A DNA stretch of 32,000 bases from Synechocystis sp. PCC 6803 substr. PCC-P (GTDB lineage Bacteria; Cyanobacteriota; Cyanobacteriia; Cyanobacteriales; Microcystaceae): positions 2,160,001 through 2,192,000 of the forward strand of contig NC_017039.1 of NCBI RefSeq assembly GCF_000284455.1, written 5' to 3'. Numbering within the stretch: the first letter of the stretch is position 1; each line of letters begins with the position of its first letter. A program made the position numbers and the translations under genes. Of the stretch, positions 21,857-31,867 are shown one piece after another. The notes beneath the pieces were generated by a model that was not told where the DNA came from, did not search any database, and saw only the letters and a list, made by a program, of their open reading frames with translations.

Positions 21857-23611
21857 CTAAAAGTCTAGGTCAACTCCCAAAGATAAGCGCAGGGTGCCCA
21901 ATCCCAACTCCTGGGGAGTGAGGAAACGGGTTTCAAAATAGCCCAACATATGGCGTAGTTCCGGCCTACCTTTGGATTGTCCCGTTACCCCCATGGCAAT
22001 TAAAACCGCACAATAACCCTTGGTATCGCGACAGCGACGCTCCCAATTTTTTTTCGCCTGGCGGTGGGCCGGGGCATCAAGGAGAAATTCTCCAAAGAGA
22101 AACAATTTATCCTGGCCGGTTTTGAGGATACCCAAGTCATACCTAGTTTCCGTCCAGCAGTCTCGCCCCGCATTAAAACCCAGTCCGGCGATTTCTCCCT
22201 CTTGCTGTAACCGGCGAATTAAATCTTTGGCCTTAGGACGGCTAGTTTGGATCATCAACACTGGCATGCCATCCCCCTTTTGCCGAAATTCACTGGCTTG
22301 GTAATGAACCATCGGGGAGGAACGGAGACTATGCACTAAGTCCCAGGGCACCATACCCAAACTCATATACGAATTATCGGGAATTAAATCATCTTCCAAC
22401 AGATCATCATCGTCTTCTTCCTCTTCCTCATCAAAACCCAATTGCCCCAAAAACTCCGCCGTTAGCTCCGGTTGGGTGGAAAGCTGCACCAATAGCTGTT
22501 CCTTGGTGTTCTTGGGCTTGAGGGGATGTTTGACCTTCACTTCTTTGGTAATTAGCTCGACATTTTCCGCTTCAAAATCGCCGTGGTGGGCTTTGACAAA
22601 ATGGGCCAATCCTTCCAGGGCACAGTAAATCGCTAAGGCCTCCTCTTCGTCGATAAACGGACGAATGCCTTCTAGGGGATGGATACTGCCGAAAATGGCT
22701 GTGGCCTGGTTATCTTGGCTAGCTGGGAAAAATGGCGGGTTTGCCCTCGGCAGGGTTTCTCCCTGGTCTCCGGCTTCGTAGTTAATGAACCAACAGTCCT
22801 GGGAGAGAAAAACCTGTTCTAGGCATTGGTTATCGTCCTCACCCATGGCCATTGCCCGAAAGGTTTTCAGGGATTCCAGGGAACGGTAGAGGATGATGCC
22901 ATATTCTTCCCCCAACATTCCCATCACACAGGCGTAGAGGGGGGGCACTCCCTCCAGGGTGGGAATTTGGATAGCGATAATGTCTAGGTCGGTCAACACC
23001 TCCCAGGGGGATAAATGCCAAATTTCCCGGGCTAACTTTTTAAGGGGGACATCGAATGCTGGAGGAATGGGAGCCGGGCGATGATCGTCAATGGTGTCAA
23101 AGGTGCGAAAGAGTTCGTCAATGAGGGGAAGCTGGGCTTGGTATTCCACATTAATATTCAGGCCCTGGAGAATTCCCCGCAGTAAAAACTGTAGCTCCCG
23201 GTTGCGGACAACAATTTTTTGGGGCCGACAGGGGGGCGCTGGCGATCGGGGCATCTCCATGGCCCGGATCAGAGTACGGACTACGGTTTCCATGCCTGAA
23301 GTTTCAGGAATCACATCCATGGAACGCACCAGCCCCTCAGTGCCATCCACCCAGAGAATGCATTCCCCTGCTTCCCCATCTTCCCTTTCCCCCAAGGATC
23401 CCCCCTGAAACGGGCGGCGATCGCCTTCCCAGACACTCGGAATCTGTGGTAGTTGCTGCAACCGATGCTGGGTGGACGAGGGCAAGGAAGATGTCATAGA
23501 TGAACAATGGACAGACAAAAATATGTAGCACAGTGGCTGGGTTGGGGCATTTTCAGCGGAAAAAGCAATGCCTAGAGTTAATGACCGCACCAAGGTCCAT
23601 GGCATACCCAT
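21857..23611 (-). CDS. Conserved hypothetical protein with an acidic DEEEEEDDDD tract (sll0149-like)
   Basis: 584-aa ORF, co-directional with and 85 nt downstream of the caspase-like gene. The acidic run is encoded at about 22385-22440. The start is uncertain: the ATG at 23497 (MTSSLPSST...) is an alternative. I could not assign a domain by eye. Confidence 0.6.
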   Translation of the reverse strand: MGMPWTLVRSLTLGIAFSAENAPTQPLCYIFLSVHCSSMTSSLPSSTQHRLQQLPQIPSVWEGDRRPFQGGSLGEREDGEAGECILWVDGTEGLVRSMDVIPETSGMETVVRTLIRAMEMPRSPAPPCRPQKIVVRNRELQFLLRGILQGLNINVEYQAQLPLIDELFRTFDTIDDHRPAPIPPAFDVPLKKLAREIWHLSPWEVLTDLDIIAIQIPTLEGVPPLYACVMGMLGEEYGIILYRSLESLKTFRAMAMGEDDNQCLEQVFLSQDCWFINYEAGDQGETLPRANPPFFPASQDNQATAIFGSIHPLEGIRPFIDEEEALAIYCALEGLAHFVKAHHGDFEAENVELITKEVKVKHPLKPKNTKEQLLVQLSTQPELTAEFLGQLGFDEEEEEDDDDLLEDDLIPDNSYMSLGMVPWDLVHSLRSSPMVHYQASEFRQKGDGMPVLMIQTSRPKAKDLIRRLQQEGEIAGLGFNAGRDCWTETRYDLGILKTGQDKLFLFGEFLLDAPAHRQAKKNWERRCRDTKGYCAVLIAMGVTGQSKGRPELRHMLGYFETRFLTPQELGLGTLRLSLGVDLDF

Positions 23612-23696
23612 AATCAGACCCCGCTGGTCAAGGGAAGCTCCACCAACCCTGAAACGTCTAATATCCTAACAAGGAATCCCTAGATTGCGGGCTTTT

Positions 23697-25910
23697 CTAA
23701 ATGACTTGATACATAATGGGCAGACTTAACCAATCGGCGGTGGATAGTAAAATCATATCGTCAGGGACTGGGGCCACCGTCACCCCATGGGCGGTTAGGT
23801 CTTGGACCAGGGCTAGTACCACAGGGAGCAAATTTTTCAATGGCAGCACCCGGGGGGGATGGCTTTCTAGGCTGGGGGGATCGATGGAATTGTTGCCGGT
23901 GATTTGTTGTCCTAGGGCTGTGGCAGTGCCGGCCAGGGGAAAACGGGAAAGAATTAAAAACCAATGGGCGATCGCCTTGTCTCCACCAATAATCCAGAGG
24001 GGATCTTCTGGGCTAGGCCAGGTCAGTTGTTCTTTGCCCTGTAGTAACTTTAGGTCTGGACGGAGAATGGCCGCCACACTCAGACCGCGATTATTCACCC
24101 CAATCAAACAACCGTAGAGGGTTTCATTGCTAAAGTTTTCCAATTCACACTGTAAAGCTTGGTTGGTGGCCACGGCGGGCAGGAAGCTGGGGGGAGCATT
24201 GGGTATGCCATTGCCCCCATTGCCGGGGTTGTTGTCCTGGGGAGGATAGGGGTAACGGGTTGATCGCCATTGGTAAATTAGGCGGGGCAGGGGATTATCG
24301 CCGCTGGTTTGTTGCACCAGTTTGATGCCGGCCCCCAGTTGGGTGCTATTGCCATTGGCCAGTAAGGTCAGCCATTTCAAGGCCAGCAAACGGTTCAAGC
24401 AGGGGTCTAGGGCACCAATGACAGTTTTCACCGCCCCGCTGGACTCAGACTTAGTCAGGGGTTGCAAAGGGTTTCCCCCCTCGGTAAAGAGGCTATAGCG
24501 ATGGGCTTCCAGTCTGCCAAACACACAGTCTGCACTACCTTCCCCGGCATTAATCACTGTTTCCACGGCGGCGATCGCCCCAAAGGCACTGGTGGCATCC
24601 ACCCGCTCAATGCGTTCCAGGTCATGGGCTAGGGCCACTGTTAAAGCGAGGTTTTTAGGGATAGCTCGGTATATTTCCCGCAGGGCACTGCCCACCAGCA
24701 TTTCCTTTTTGCTTTCCCCGCCATTGGCTTCCGTTGAGGATGTCGCTGACTCGGCCTTGGTCGATGAAGTTTTGGTGATCGCCGTTAATGTGGCGCTTTG
24801 TCCTTTAACACTTTGCACTTGCCAGAGGGAATTATCCGTGGAGTTAAGATCGCTCCCCGTCTCCGTAGCTGGAAAAGTTAAATAACAGGAATGCACCAAA
24901 GCCCGCTTTTGCACCAGGGGAGCCAGGGCCACAATTTGACTTTGTAGGGAATTGCCACTGATTAAGCCAGTTACCATTCCCTCTCCTCCCGTGGTTAGGG
25001 TGGTGGGAGCGAGGAAATCAGGGGAATTATTTGGCGATCGCCATTGGGGAATTTGTTCTGTCCCTAGGCGGGGAACCAGTAAATTGCGGCTATGGTCCCA
25101 CAGACTGGCCATCACACTGGTGGAGCTATTTTCCCAAAGACTTTGGGTGAGGGCCAAAGTGAATAGTCCCGCTGACTGCTTGCCCAGTTGAACTTCCACC
25201 GCAGTTTGCCCAGGGCTAGTGGCACTAATTAGGGTGATATTGCCCAAACTTGCTTTGGTTGGGGGATTGCTGGGGTTAACTTCTGGGGGGATTGGCCCAC
25301 CCCGACCGCCACTACGACCCCGGAGATTGCCCTCAAACTCCTCCACCCCAGTGCTAAAACCACAGTCGAGCACAAGATAGACCTGCTTAGTTTTGAGAGA
25401 TTGCAACCAATTGATTAGGGTAGTGAGGGGTAGAAAGTTATCCTCTCCTTCCCCGTCTAGAAATAGTCCCAAATGGGGTAGAGCCTGCTCCCAGGTCGGG
25501 TTGGGGGTCATGGCTGCTGGTGGGTTATAACTGCCATAACCACTAAAGGCCACCACCACTGGGTCGCCTTTCTGCACCTGTTGCCGTAGATGCTCATCAA
25601 ATAAAATTTCCAGGGCTGACAGGGTAATACCTTGGGGGTCTAACCCGGCAATCTTGGCTTGATCAAAACCGTAACGCCCCGTTAAAACTTCCCCCAGCAA
25701 TTGCCTATCGGTGGTGCATCCCATCAATCCCCGGCGATCGCCATTGGCTCCATTACCTTGCCCCGCCGCCAACAGTAGGGCCCACTTTTGATTGGTGTTG
25801 GATGCGAGGGATTGGCCCATATTTCTGCCGGACCATGCCCAGGCCCAGGAACCAAGGCCCAGGGCCATGCCGCTACGTAAAAATGTCCGTCGGTCAAAGG
25901 TCATTGTCAA
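23697..25910 (-). CDS. Tat-signal caspase-like (peptidase C14 / orthocaspase-type) protein with His->Tyr at the catalytic-His position (sll0148-like pseudo-orthocaspase)
   Basis: - Signal: MTMTFDRRTFLRSGMALGLGSWAWA, a twin-arginine motif followed by a hydrophobic core.
- Caspase-fold pattern: WALLLAAG...GC..D...L...L...GF......L......T...L...F......GDPVVVAFSGYGSY...VYLVLDCGFSTG.
- The SGHG motif reads SGYG here (Tyr codon at 25536-25538).
- The Cys motif is DCGFS (Cys codon at 25362-25364). Confidence 0.7.
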   Translation of the reverse strand: MTMTFDRRTFLRSGMALGLGSWAWAWSGRNMGQSLASNTNQKWALLLAAGQGNGANGDRRGLMGCTTDRQLLGEVLTGRYGFDQAKIAGLDPQGITLSALEILFDEHLRQQVQKGDPVVVAFSGYGSYNPPAAMTPNPTWEQALPHLGLFLDGEGEDNFLPLTTLINWLQSLKTKQVYLVLDCGFSTGVEEFEGNLRGRSGGRGGPIPPEVNPSNPPTKASLGNITLISATSPGQTAVEVQLGKQSAGLFTLALTQSLWENSSTSVMASLWDHSRNLLVPRLGTEQIPQWRSPNNSPDFLAPTTLTTGGEGMVTGLISGNSLQSQIVALAPLVQKRALVHSCYLTFPATETGSDLNSTDNSLWQVQSVKGQSATLTAITKTSSTKAESATSSTEANGGESKKEMLVGSALREIYRAIPKNLALTVALAHDLERIERVDATSAFGAIAAVETVINAGEGSADCVFGRLEAHRYSLFTEGGNPLQPLTKSESSGAVKTVIGALDPCLNRLLALKWLTLLANGNSTQLGAGIKLVQQTSGDNPLPRLIYQWRSTRYPYPPQDNNPGNGGNGIPNAPPSFLPAVATNQALQCELENFSNETLYGCLIGVNNRGLSVAAILRPDLKLLQGKEQLTWPSPEDPLWIIGGDKAIAHWFLILSRFPLAGTATALGQQITGNNSIDPPSLESHPPRVLPLKNLLPVVLALVQDLTAHGVTVAPVPDDMILLSTADWLSLPIMYQVI

Positions 25911-26056
25911 TTCAACTCTCTAAGGCGATCGCCATGGGCCTAGCTTAGCGTTTTGAGAACTTTGGTGCTGGACACATTCCCATAATCAGATTAACAGCAA
26001 TGTTTGCATTGGTGAATGTGCCGGAGCAAATATTTTTTTCTTAATGTCGCCCTAAT

Positions 26057-28063
26057 TTACTTGGATTGTTGAGCTAATTTTGGTTGAATTTGATAACCGA
26101 AACACAACAAAGAAAACCATAGTTGGGGAGAAAGCTTTTCCAACCAATTGCGGGAATTAATTAGCCACTGGGGATACCAAAAGCGGAATAGGGCATTGAG
26201 TAAAGCTTGACGGGAAAAATCAAAATAAACTAACAGCCATTTTAGTAGATCCTCGGTGCCAGCCATCTGCCAAATCCAAAACAATAGTTGGGGATTTTTG
26301 CTAGCAGCCTTAAGAGCTAAGCGAGAAAATAATAGCCAAGTAGTGCGGTCTTTAATGAAAGTTTCCGCCACCGTTGGGGCCGAGTCTGCCAATAGACCAA
26401 AGAAAGTATTGAGCATGGCATTAACCTGTTGGGGCGGCAATTGTTTCCCCGTCGGCACCATCATTCCCTTGGAAAACATCCAAGTCACAGCAATATTACT
26501 TTGGTAGGCCCGAATTTGATTTAATTGCTTTGCTTGGAGCAGGTCATACTGCAAAGCTGTGTGCAACAAGTCCGTTAATTTGGCTAGATTCCGTACTAGA
26601 GAGCCAAACCCAGTGAACACCAAAGGAGATTGGAGAGAAGCGGCATCCCCGATCGCCATTAATCGGTCTAGGGCAATGGTACGGTCTTGGGCGCTGGTGC
26701 TAAAGTGACCAGGAATATAACCGAAGGTAGCTTTTTTCCAAGTTAACTTTTCCAGATTACAGCGACGATACTCCGGCAAAATGCTGAAAAAGTCTTCGTA
26801 CATTTCCAACAAAGAACCAGGATTTTCCCGATTAACTTGATGGTAATGGAAAAGATAAATGGTCATTTCGTCCCCTGCTCCGGGGAACAATTCCCAAATT
26901 AACTGCCTACCCCGGGAAATATCTCCATGGGAATTGAGCACATCACCATAAGCATTATCCCAAACCACCGGATCTAGGCCTTCCACCACGGCCCCCACCG
27001 TGGGACAAACACTGTTAAAAGTTTTACCGCCATTTAATTGCCAAGCAATGGGAGAAGCGGTACCCATGGCATCTACTAACAATCTGGCTTGGGCTAATTT
27101 TGTTTGATTATTTTCCAAATTAATGCAATGGACTACCACTTTGTTCGGATCAATAGTGGCGTTAATAAATTCAGTTTCATCCCAAATAATTCCCCCTGCT
27201 TGCTGGAGTTTATGTCCACAGATAGCCAAGAATTTAGCCGAATCTAGGGCAATGTTTAATACAGTGGGAGTGTGGAGCACATTAGCTTTAAGATGGGGCG
27301 GATTATAGGCATCAAAAAACTTATTAAACCCGTCTCGATATTCCCGGGCAATGACGCTTTCAAATTCCTCTGGGGTGAATAAATTTAAGTCAATTAACCG
27401 CTGAAATTCATCCCGGGAAATATTCCATTCCCGATTCATTCGGCCGAAGGGCAATCGTTCAATGAGCAGTACCCGATAACCCAACCGGGCCATCACCGCC
27501 GCATGGACTGAACCCAGAGCCCCGCCCAGGTAAATTAGGTCAAACTCAGGGGTTGCAGGGGCGATCGCCGTTACCGTGGAGGTTTGACTGACCACCTGCC
27601 TAGGGGTTTGGGGATTCGCTACATTGTCCCGCCACCGTTGTTCCCACCAGTAAACGCGCTTGAGGTCATATTCTCCTTGGGGAAATTTTTGGAAGAATTT
27701 AACCGTTTCAGGATATCGATCTTGTAACGCCTGGAAAATATTTTGCCGATCCAGATCGATCGCCGGTGGGACCGGATAGGTGGGAGGAAATTTTTGCCCT
27801 AATGCCCGCCTTAATTCCTTGGCGATCGCCGTTTCTTGGGGGAAGCTAGTGTCACCCCAACGCACACACTTAAGATAGGTAGTTCTTTGTAGAGACCACA
27901 CAAAAATGGATAGTTCACTGCTTTGGCCGGAGGAACCCCGCAACCGTAAACCTTGCTCCGTAGGCAACTTTTGCCCCACTAAGGGCGACCAATTTCCCTG
28001 AAGCCAAGCGACAACTTCAGCGGTGGCAGGGGTGGGGACTTCACAGTAGAGCAGTTCACGCAT
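26057..28063 (-). CDS. cruA: FAD-dependent CruA-type lycopene cyclase family protein (sll0147-like)
   Basis: 668-aa ORF. A dinucleotide-binding fold, FDLIYLGGALGSVHAAVMARLGYRVLLIER, sits at about aa 175-205. The assignment to cruA rests on my recollection that sll0147 is the Synechocystis CruA homolog, plus the gene order here. It was not verified by search. Confidence 0.6.
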   Translation of the reverse strand: MRELLYCEVPTPATAEVVAWLQGNWSPLVGQKLPTEQGLRLRGSSGQSSELSIFVWSLQRTTYLKCVRWGDTSFPQETAIAKELRRALGQKFPPTYPVPPAIDLDRQNIFQALQDRYPETVKFFQKFPQGEYDLKRVYWWEQRWRDNVANPQTPRQVVSQTSTVTAIAPATPEFDLIYLGGALGSVHAAVMARLGYRVLLIERLPFGRMNREWNISRDEFQRLIDLNLFTPEEFESVIAREYRDGFNKFFDAYNPPHLKANVLHTPTVLNIALDSAKFLAICGHKLQQAGGIIWDETEFINATIDPNKVVVHCINLENNQTKLAQARLLVDAMGTASPIAWQLNGGKTFNSVCPTVGAVVEGLDPVVWDNAYGDVLNSHGDISRGRQLIWELFPGAGDEMTIYLFHYHQVNRENPGSLLEMYEDFFSILPEYRRCNLEKLTWKKATFGYIPGHFSTSAQDRTIALDRLMAIGDAASLQSPLVFTGFGSLVRNLAKLTDLLHTALQYDLLQAKQLNQIRAYQSNIAVTWMFSKGMMVPTGKQLPPQQVNAMLNTFFGLLADSAPTVAETFIKDRTTWLLFSRLALKAASKNPQLLFWIWQMAGTEDLLKWLLVYFDFSRQALLNALFRFWYPQWLINSRNWLEKLSPQLWFSLLCFGYQIQPKLAQQSK

Positions 28064-28759
28064 GGGTTGGAAATGGACTTAAAAGTCGTGGCCGGCGGAT
28101 TGCCAAAGCACAAAAAATGTGTAGGAAAAAAGCAAAATGTATCTGGCTTGTATTTATGGTATCAACCAATGGGCAACTGGTTGAGTATTTGTCGGACAAA
28201 AAACTAAGTTTGCCTATAGATTAAACCCTAGGCTTGACAAAATTGCCACTGAAATCATATGAGATTTACAAGTTTTTTTGATGATTTAATAATTTAATCG
28301 CCCAGATTTAATTAATTAAAAGCAAGCCTAAATCTTGTCATTAATTTATTGGAAAAACCTGTGGTGTTAGGGAATTAGTCAGCACGGTAAGCCGGGAAAA
28401 TTTTAATAAATGAAAGCTTCTTAATGGCTGGGGTGTATAAATCACCGCCATCCAGGGCTTTAATAAATTAAAATAGCATAATGACTGAATTATTAACCTC
28501 ATATTATTAAGTATGTTTTTCCAGCCACTTCTTTGATTCCAGCAGAGATATTTTTGTATATTCTGATAAGCTATCTTCTTAGTCTGTTTTGATTGACTTT
28601 AAGGAATCACTCTGCGGGGATAAATTTTCTATCTAAAGACTTACCGTTAAATACACGCTCATCACTATTTCCTCCCATTTTTCTATTCTCGAATAGCCCA
28701 TCATTCTAAAATCTGCCCACCCCAATTCATTCTTTAAGGGAATTTGAACAAAGTTGCCC

Positions 28760-29887
28760 TTAGCGCCCTAGGGTTAACTCTTCTTTTTTGCCTAAAATGC
28801 CCTGGGGTCGCCACACCATTAACACCATTAAAATTAGCCCGATGACCATAACCCGTAAAGCTCCGGCTTGACTCTGGTCTAAAAAAGCAATTTGGGGTAA
28901 CAAAAACCTGGTTAGGGAATCATAGGCCCAAAAAATAATGGTGCCCAACACCGTGCCCGCATTACTGCCCGCTCCCCCCAGCACCACAATGATCCAAGCG
29001 TTAAAAGTCAGCAACGTGTCAAAATTACTGGGGTAAATACTGGTCAATTGCCAAGCAAACAATGCCCCCGCTAAACCGGCGATCGCCCCGCCACCCATGA
29101 AGGCCTGTAACTTATACCAAAAAACATTTTTGCCCAGGGCCCGGGGAATTTCTTCATCTTCCCGGATGGCTTTGAGAATACGACCCCAGGGGGAATGGAC
29201 CCAAAATTCCAAACCAGCATAGGTAAGGGCCAACAAGGTTAAAGCTAATAACATTAGCCCCGCCTTACCAGAGTAGTTATACAAAGAAACTACCCCAGGC
29301 ACATAGGCAGTTAAAATCAACGCTGTGGTAATAATTCCCCAAATTAGCAAAGCCAAAGGCTTACGGGGCTGATAACTCTTACCTTGGATTTTTTTACCCT
29401 CTTTCCACTGTTTTAAGAGACTTTTAATTAAAATACTTTCAGCATAAATAGTGAGAACTGTGAGCCAAATCACAAAAACAATGCGACTTAATAATGTGGG
29501 GTTAAAATCCATCGGCCAGGGAAAACTTTGTACCCCAAAAGTTCCCTGGGTTAACCACTCTTCGTTGTTGGCTATCAAGCGAATTAACTCGGAAACGCCG
29601 ATGGTAACGATCGCCAGGTAATCTTCCCTTAATCTGAGGGTAGAGGTGCCAATGAGCAAACCCAACGCCATGGCCAATCCCATCCCTACCAACACTGCCA
29701 GGGGAATGGGCAAACCTCGTAAACTCAGCAAGGTGGTCGCGTAGGCCCCCAGGGTCATAAAAGCGACATGGCCAAAATTAATCAACCCGGCAAAGCCCCA
29801 TTGTAAATTCAAGCCCAGGGCAAAAATACCGTAGGTAGCGGCGGAAGTGATCAAAAAAATCAGATAGCCAAAGTTCATAGAATTCAA
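28760..29887 (-). CDS. natC: Branched-chain/neutral amino-acid ABC transporter permease, LivM family (NatC)
   Basis: 375-aa polytopic membrane protein with LivM-like motifs (GLNLQWGFAGLINFGHVAF, LREDYLAIVTIG, GGAGSNAGTVLG). Its position next to frr/pyrH matches sll0146 as I recall. Confidence 0.8.
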   Translation of the reverse strand: MNSMNFGYLIFLITSAATYGIFALGLNLQWGFAGLINFGHVAFMTLGAYATTLLSLRGLPIPLAVLVGMGLAMALGLLIGTSTLRLREDYLAIVTIGVSELIRLIANNEEWLTQGTFGVQSFPWPMDFNPTLLSRIVFVIWLTVLTIYAESILIKSLLKQWKEGKKIQGKSYQPRKPLALLIWGIITTALILTAYVPGVVSLYNYSGKAGLMLLALTLLALTYAGLEFWVHSPWGRILKAIREDEEIPRALGKNVFWYKLQAFMGGGAIAGLAGALFAWQLTSIYPSNFDTLLTFNAWIIVVLGGAGSNAGTVLGTIIFWAYDSLTRFLLPQIAFLDQSQAGALRVMVIGLILMVLMVWRPQGILGKKEELTLGR

Positions 29888-29959
29888 GGGAGCAATGATG
29901 TTCGGCCAATGAGTCCAGGGTTTATTTTGACCACTGTTGAAAGTCAGTCTAGCAAAGGA

Positions 29960-31310
<1,351 letters not shown>

Positions 31311-31417
31311 TTAAACACCCCCGGTCTTTCTCCAACGGTCAGCCAGCTATTTCATTTTCATTACCCAATTCCTGCAATCGGATTTAGCGGCGATCGCCCT
31401 AAAAATACCCATGTACC

Positions 31418-31639
31418 CTATGCGGCACTCAACATCTTAATTTTGGCAATTTCTGCTTCCAAACTAGGCAGTTTTTGGTTGTGGGTCTGGGCTGTTTCTA
31501 GCCAGAGATCTTTAACTATCATTAATTCTTCTAGAGTTTCCTCTAGGGTTTCTCCTTGGGCCAAACAGCCACATAACGCAGGAATTTCAGCGACAAAACC
31601 ACCTTCTGCACAGGGATAAATAACAATTGGATAATTCAT
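31418..31639 (-). CDS. hicB: HicB-family antitoxin (UPF0150-type)
   Basis: The 73-aa sequence MNYPIVIYPCAEGGFVAEIPALCGCLAQGETLEETLEELMIVKDLWLE matches the HicB N-terminal fold motif (y......e.gg..a..P.l.gc...G.t.eEa...). Confidence 0.75.
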   Translation of the reverse strand: MNYPIVIYPCAEGGFVAEIPALCGCLAQGETLEETLEELMIVKDLWLETAQTHNQKLPSLEAEIAKIKMLSAA

Positions 31640-31867
31640 CTATTTTTTCTCGATAATTTCAAGGATTCGGCGAATATAGATTGACTTGACTTTCTTGTTG
31701 TGGACGGGAATAACCAGAATAATATCATTTTTTTTGAAAATGTGATGACTACCTGTGATTCTTTCAAGATAGAAGCCTTCTAGCTCCAGTAACTTACAGA
31801 CATCACTGAATCTAATGTTGTTAGGACTATTTTTCAGGAGCGCAATGAGTTTTTTTCTTTTAGGCAC
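31640..31867 (-). CDS. hicA: HicA-family mRNA-interferase toxin
   Basis: ...KKLIALLKNSPNNIRFSDVCKLLELEGFYLERITGSHHIFKKNDIILVIPVHNKKVKSIYIRRILEIIE carries the HicA signature (GF....GSHh.f......v.vP.H......). The ORF is open up to a TTG at 31984. A GTG at 31867 gives a typical 75-aa HicA. The stop TAG directly abuts the hicB ATG. Confidence 0.7.
   Translation of the reverse strand: MPKRKKLIALLKNSPNNIRFSDVCKLLELEGFYLERITGSHHIFKKNDIILVIPVHNKKVKSIYIRRILEIIEKK

Noticed and set aside
21610-21921. 103-aa plus-strand ORF spanning the convergent gap between the kinase gene and the acidic-protein gene
   Set aside because: It overlaps the 3' ends of two well-supported genes in other frames and has no motif.
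22020-25191. Plus-strand ORFs inside the two minus-strand genes (22020-22304, 23091-23408, 23716-24117, 24592-24885, 24952-25191) and short minus-strand alternates (22839-23021, 23337-23531, 23761-23964)
   Set aside because: They are shadow ORFs within longer ORFs that carry a Tat signal and caspase-like motifs or a conserved layout. Their translations are Arg/Ser/Pro-rich.
28341-28502. 53-codon minus-strand ORF (MRLIIQSLCYFNLLKPWMAVIYTPQPLRSF...) in the AT-rich gap
   Set aside because: It has no SD. Its composition simply reflects AT-rich DNA (Leu/Ile/Phe/Asn/Lys codons), and it is below any length that argues for coding. It is mentioned only as something ribosome profiling could test.
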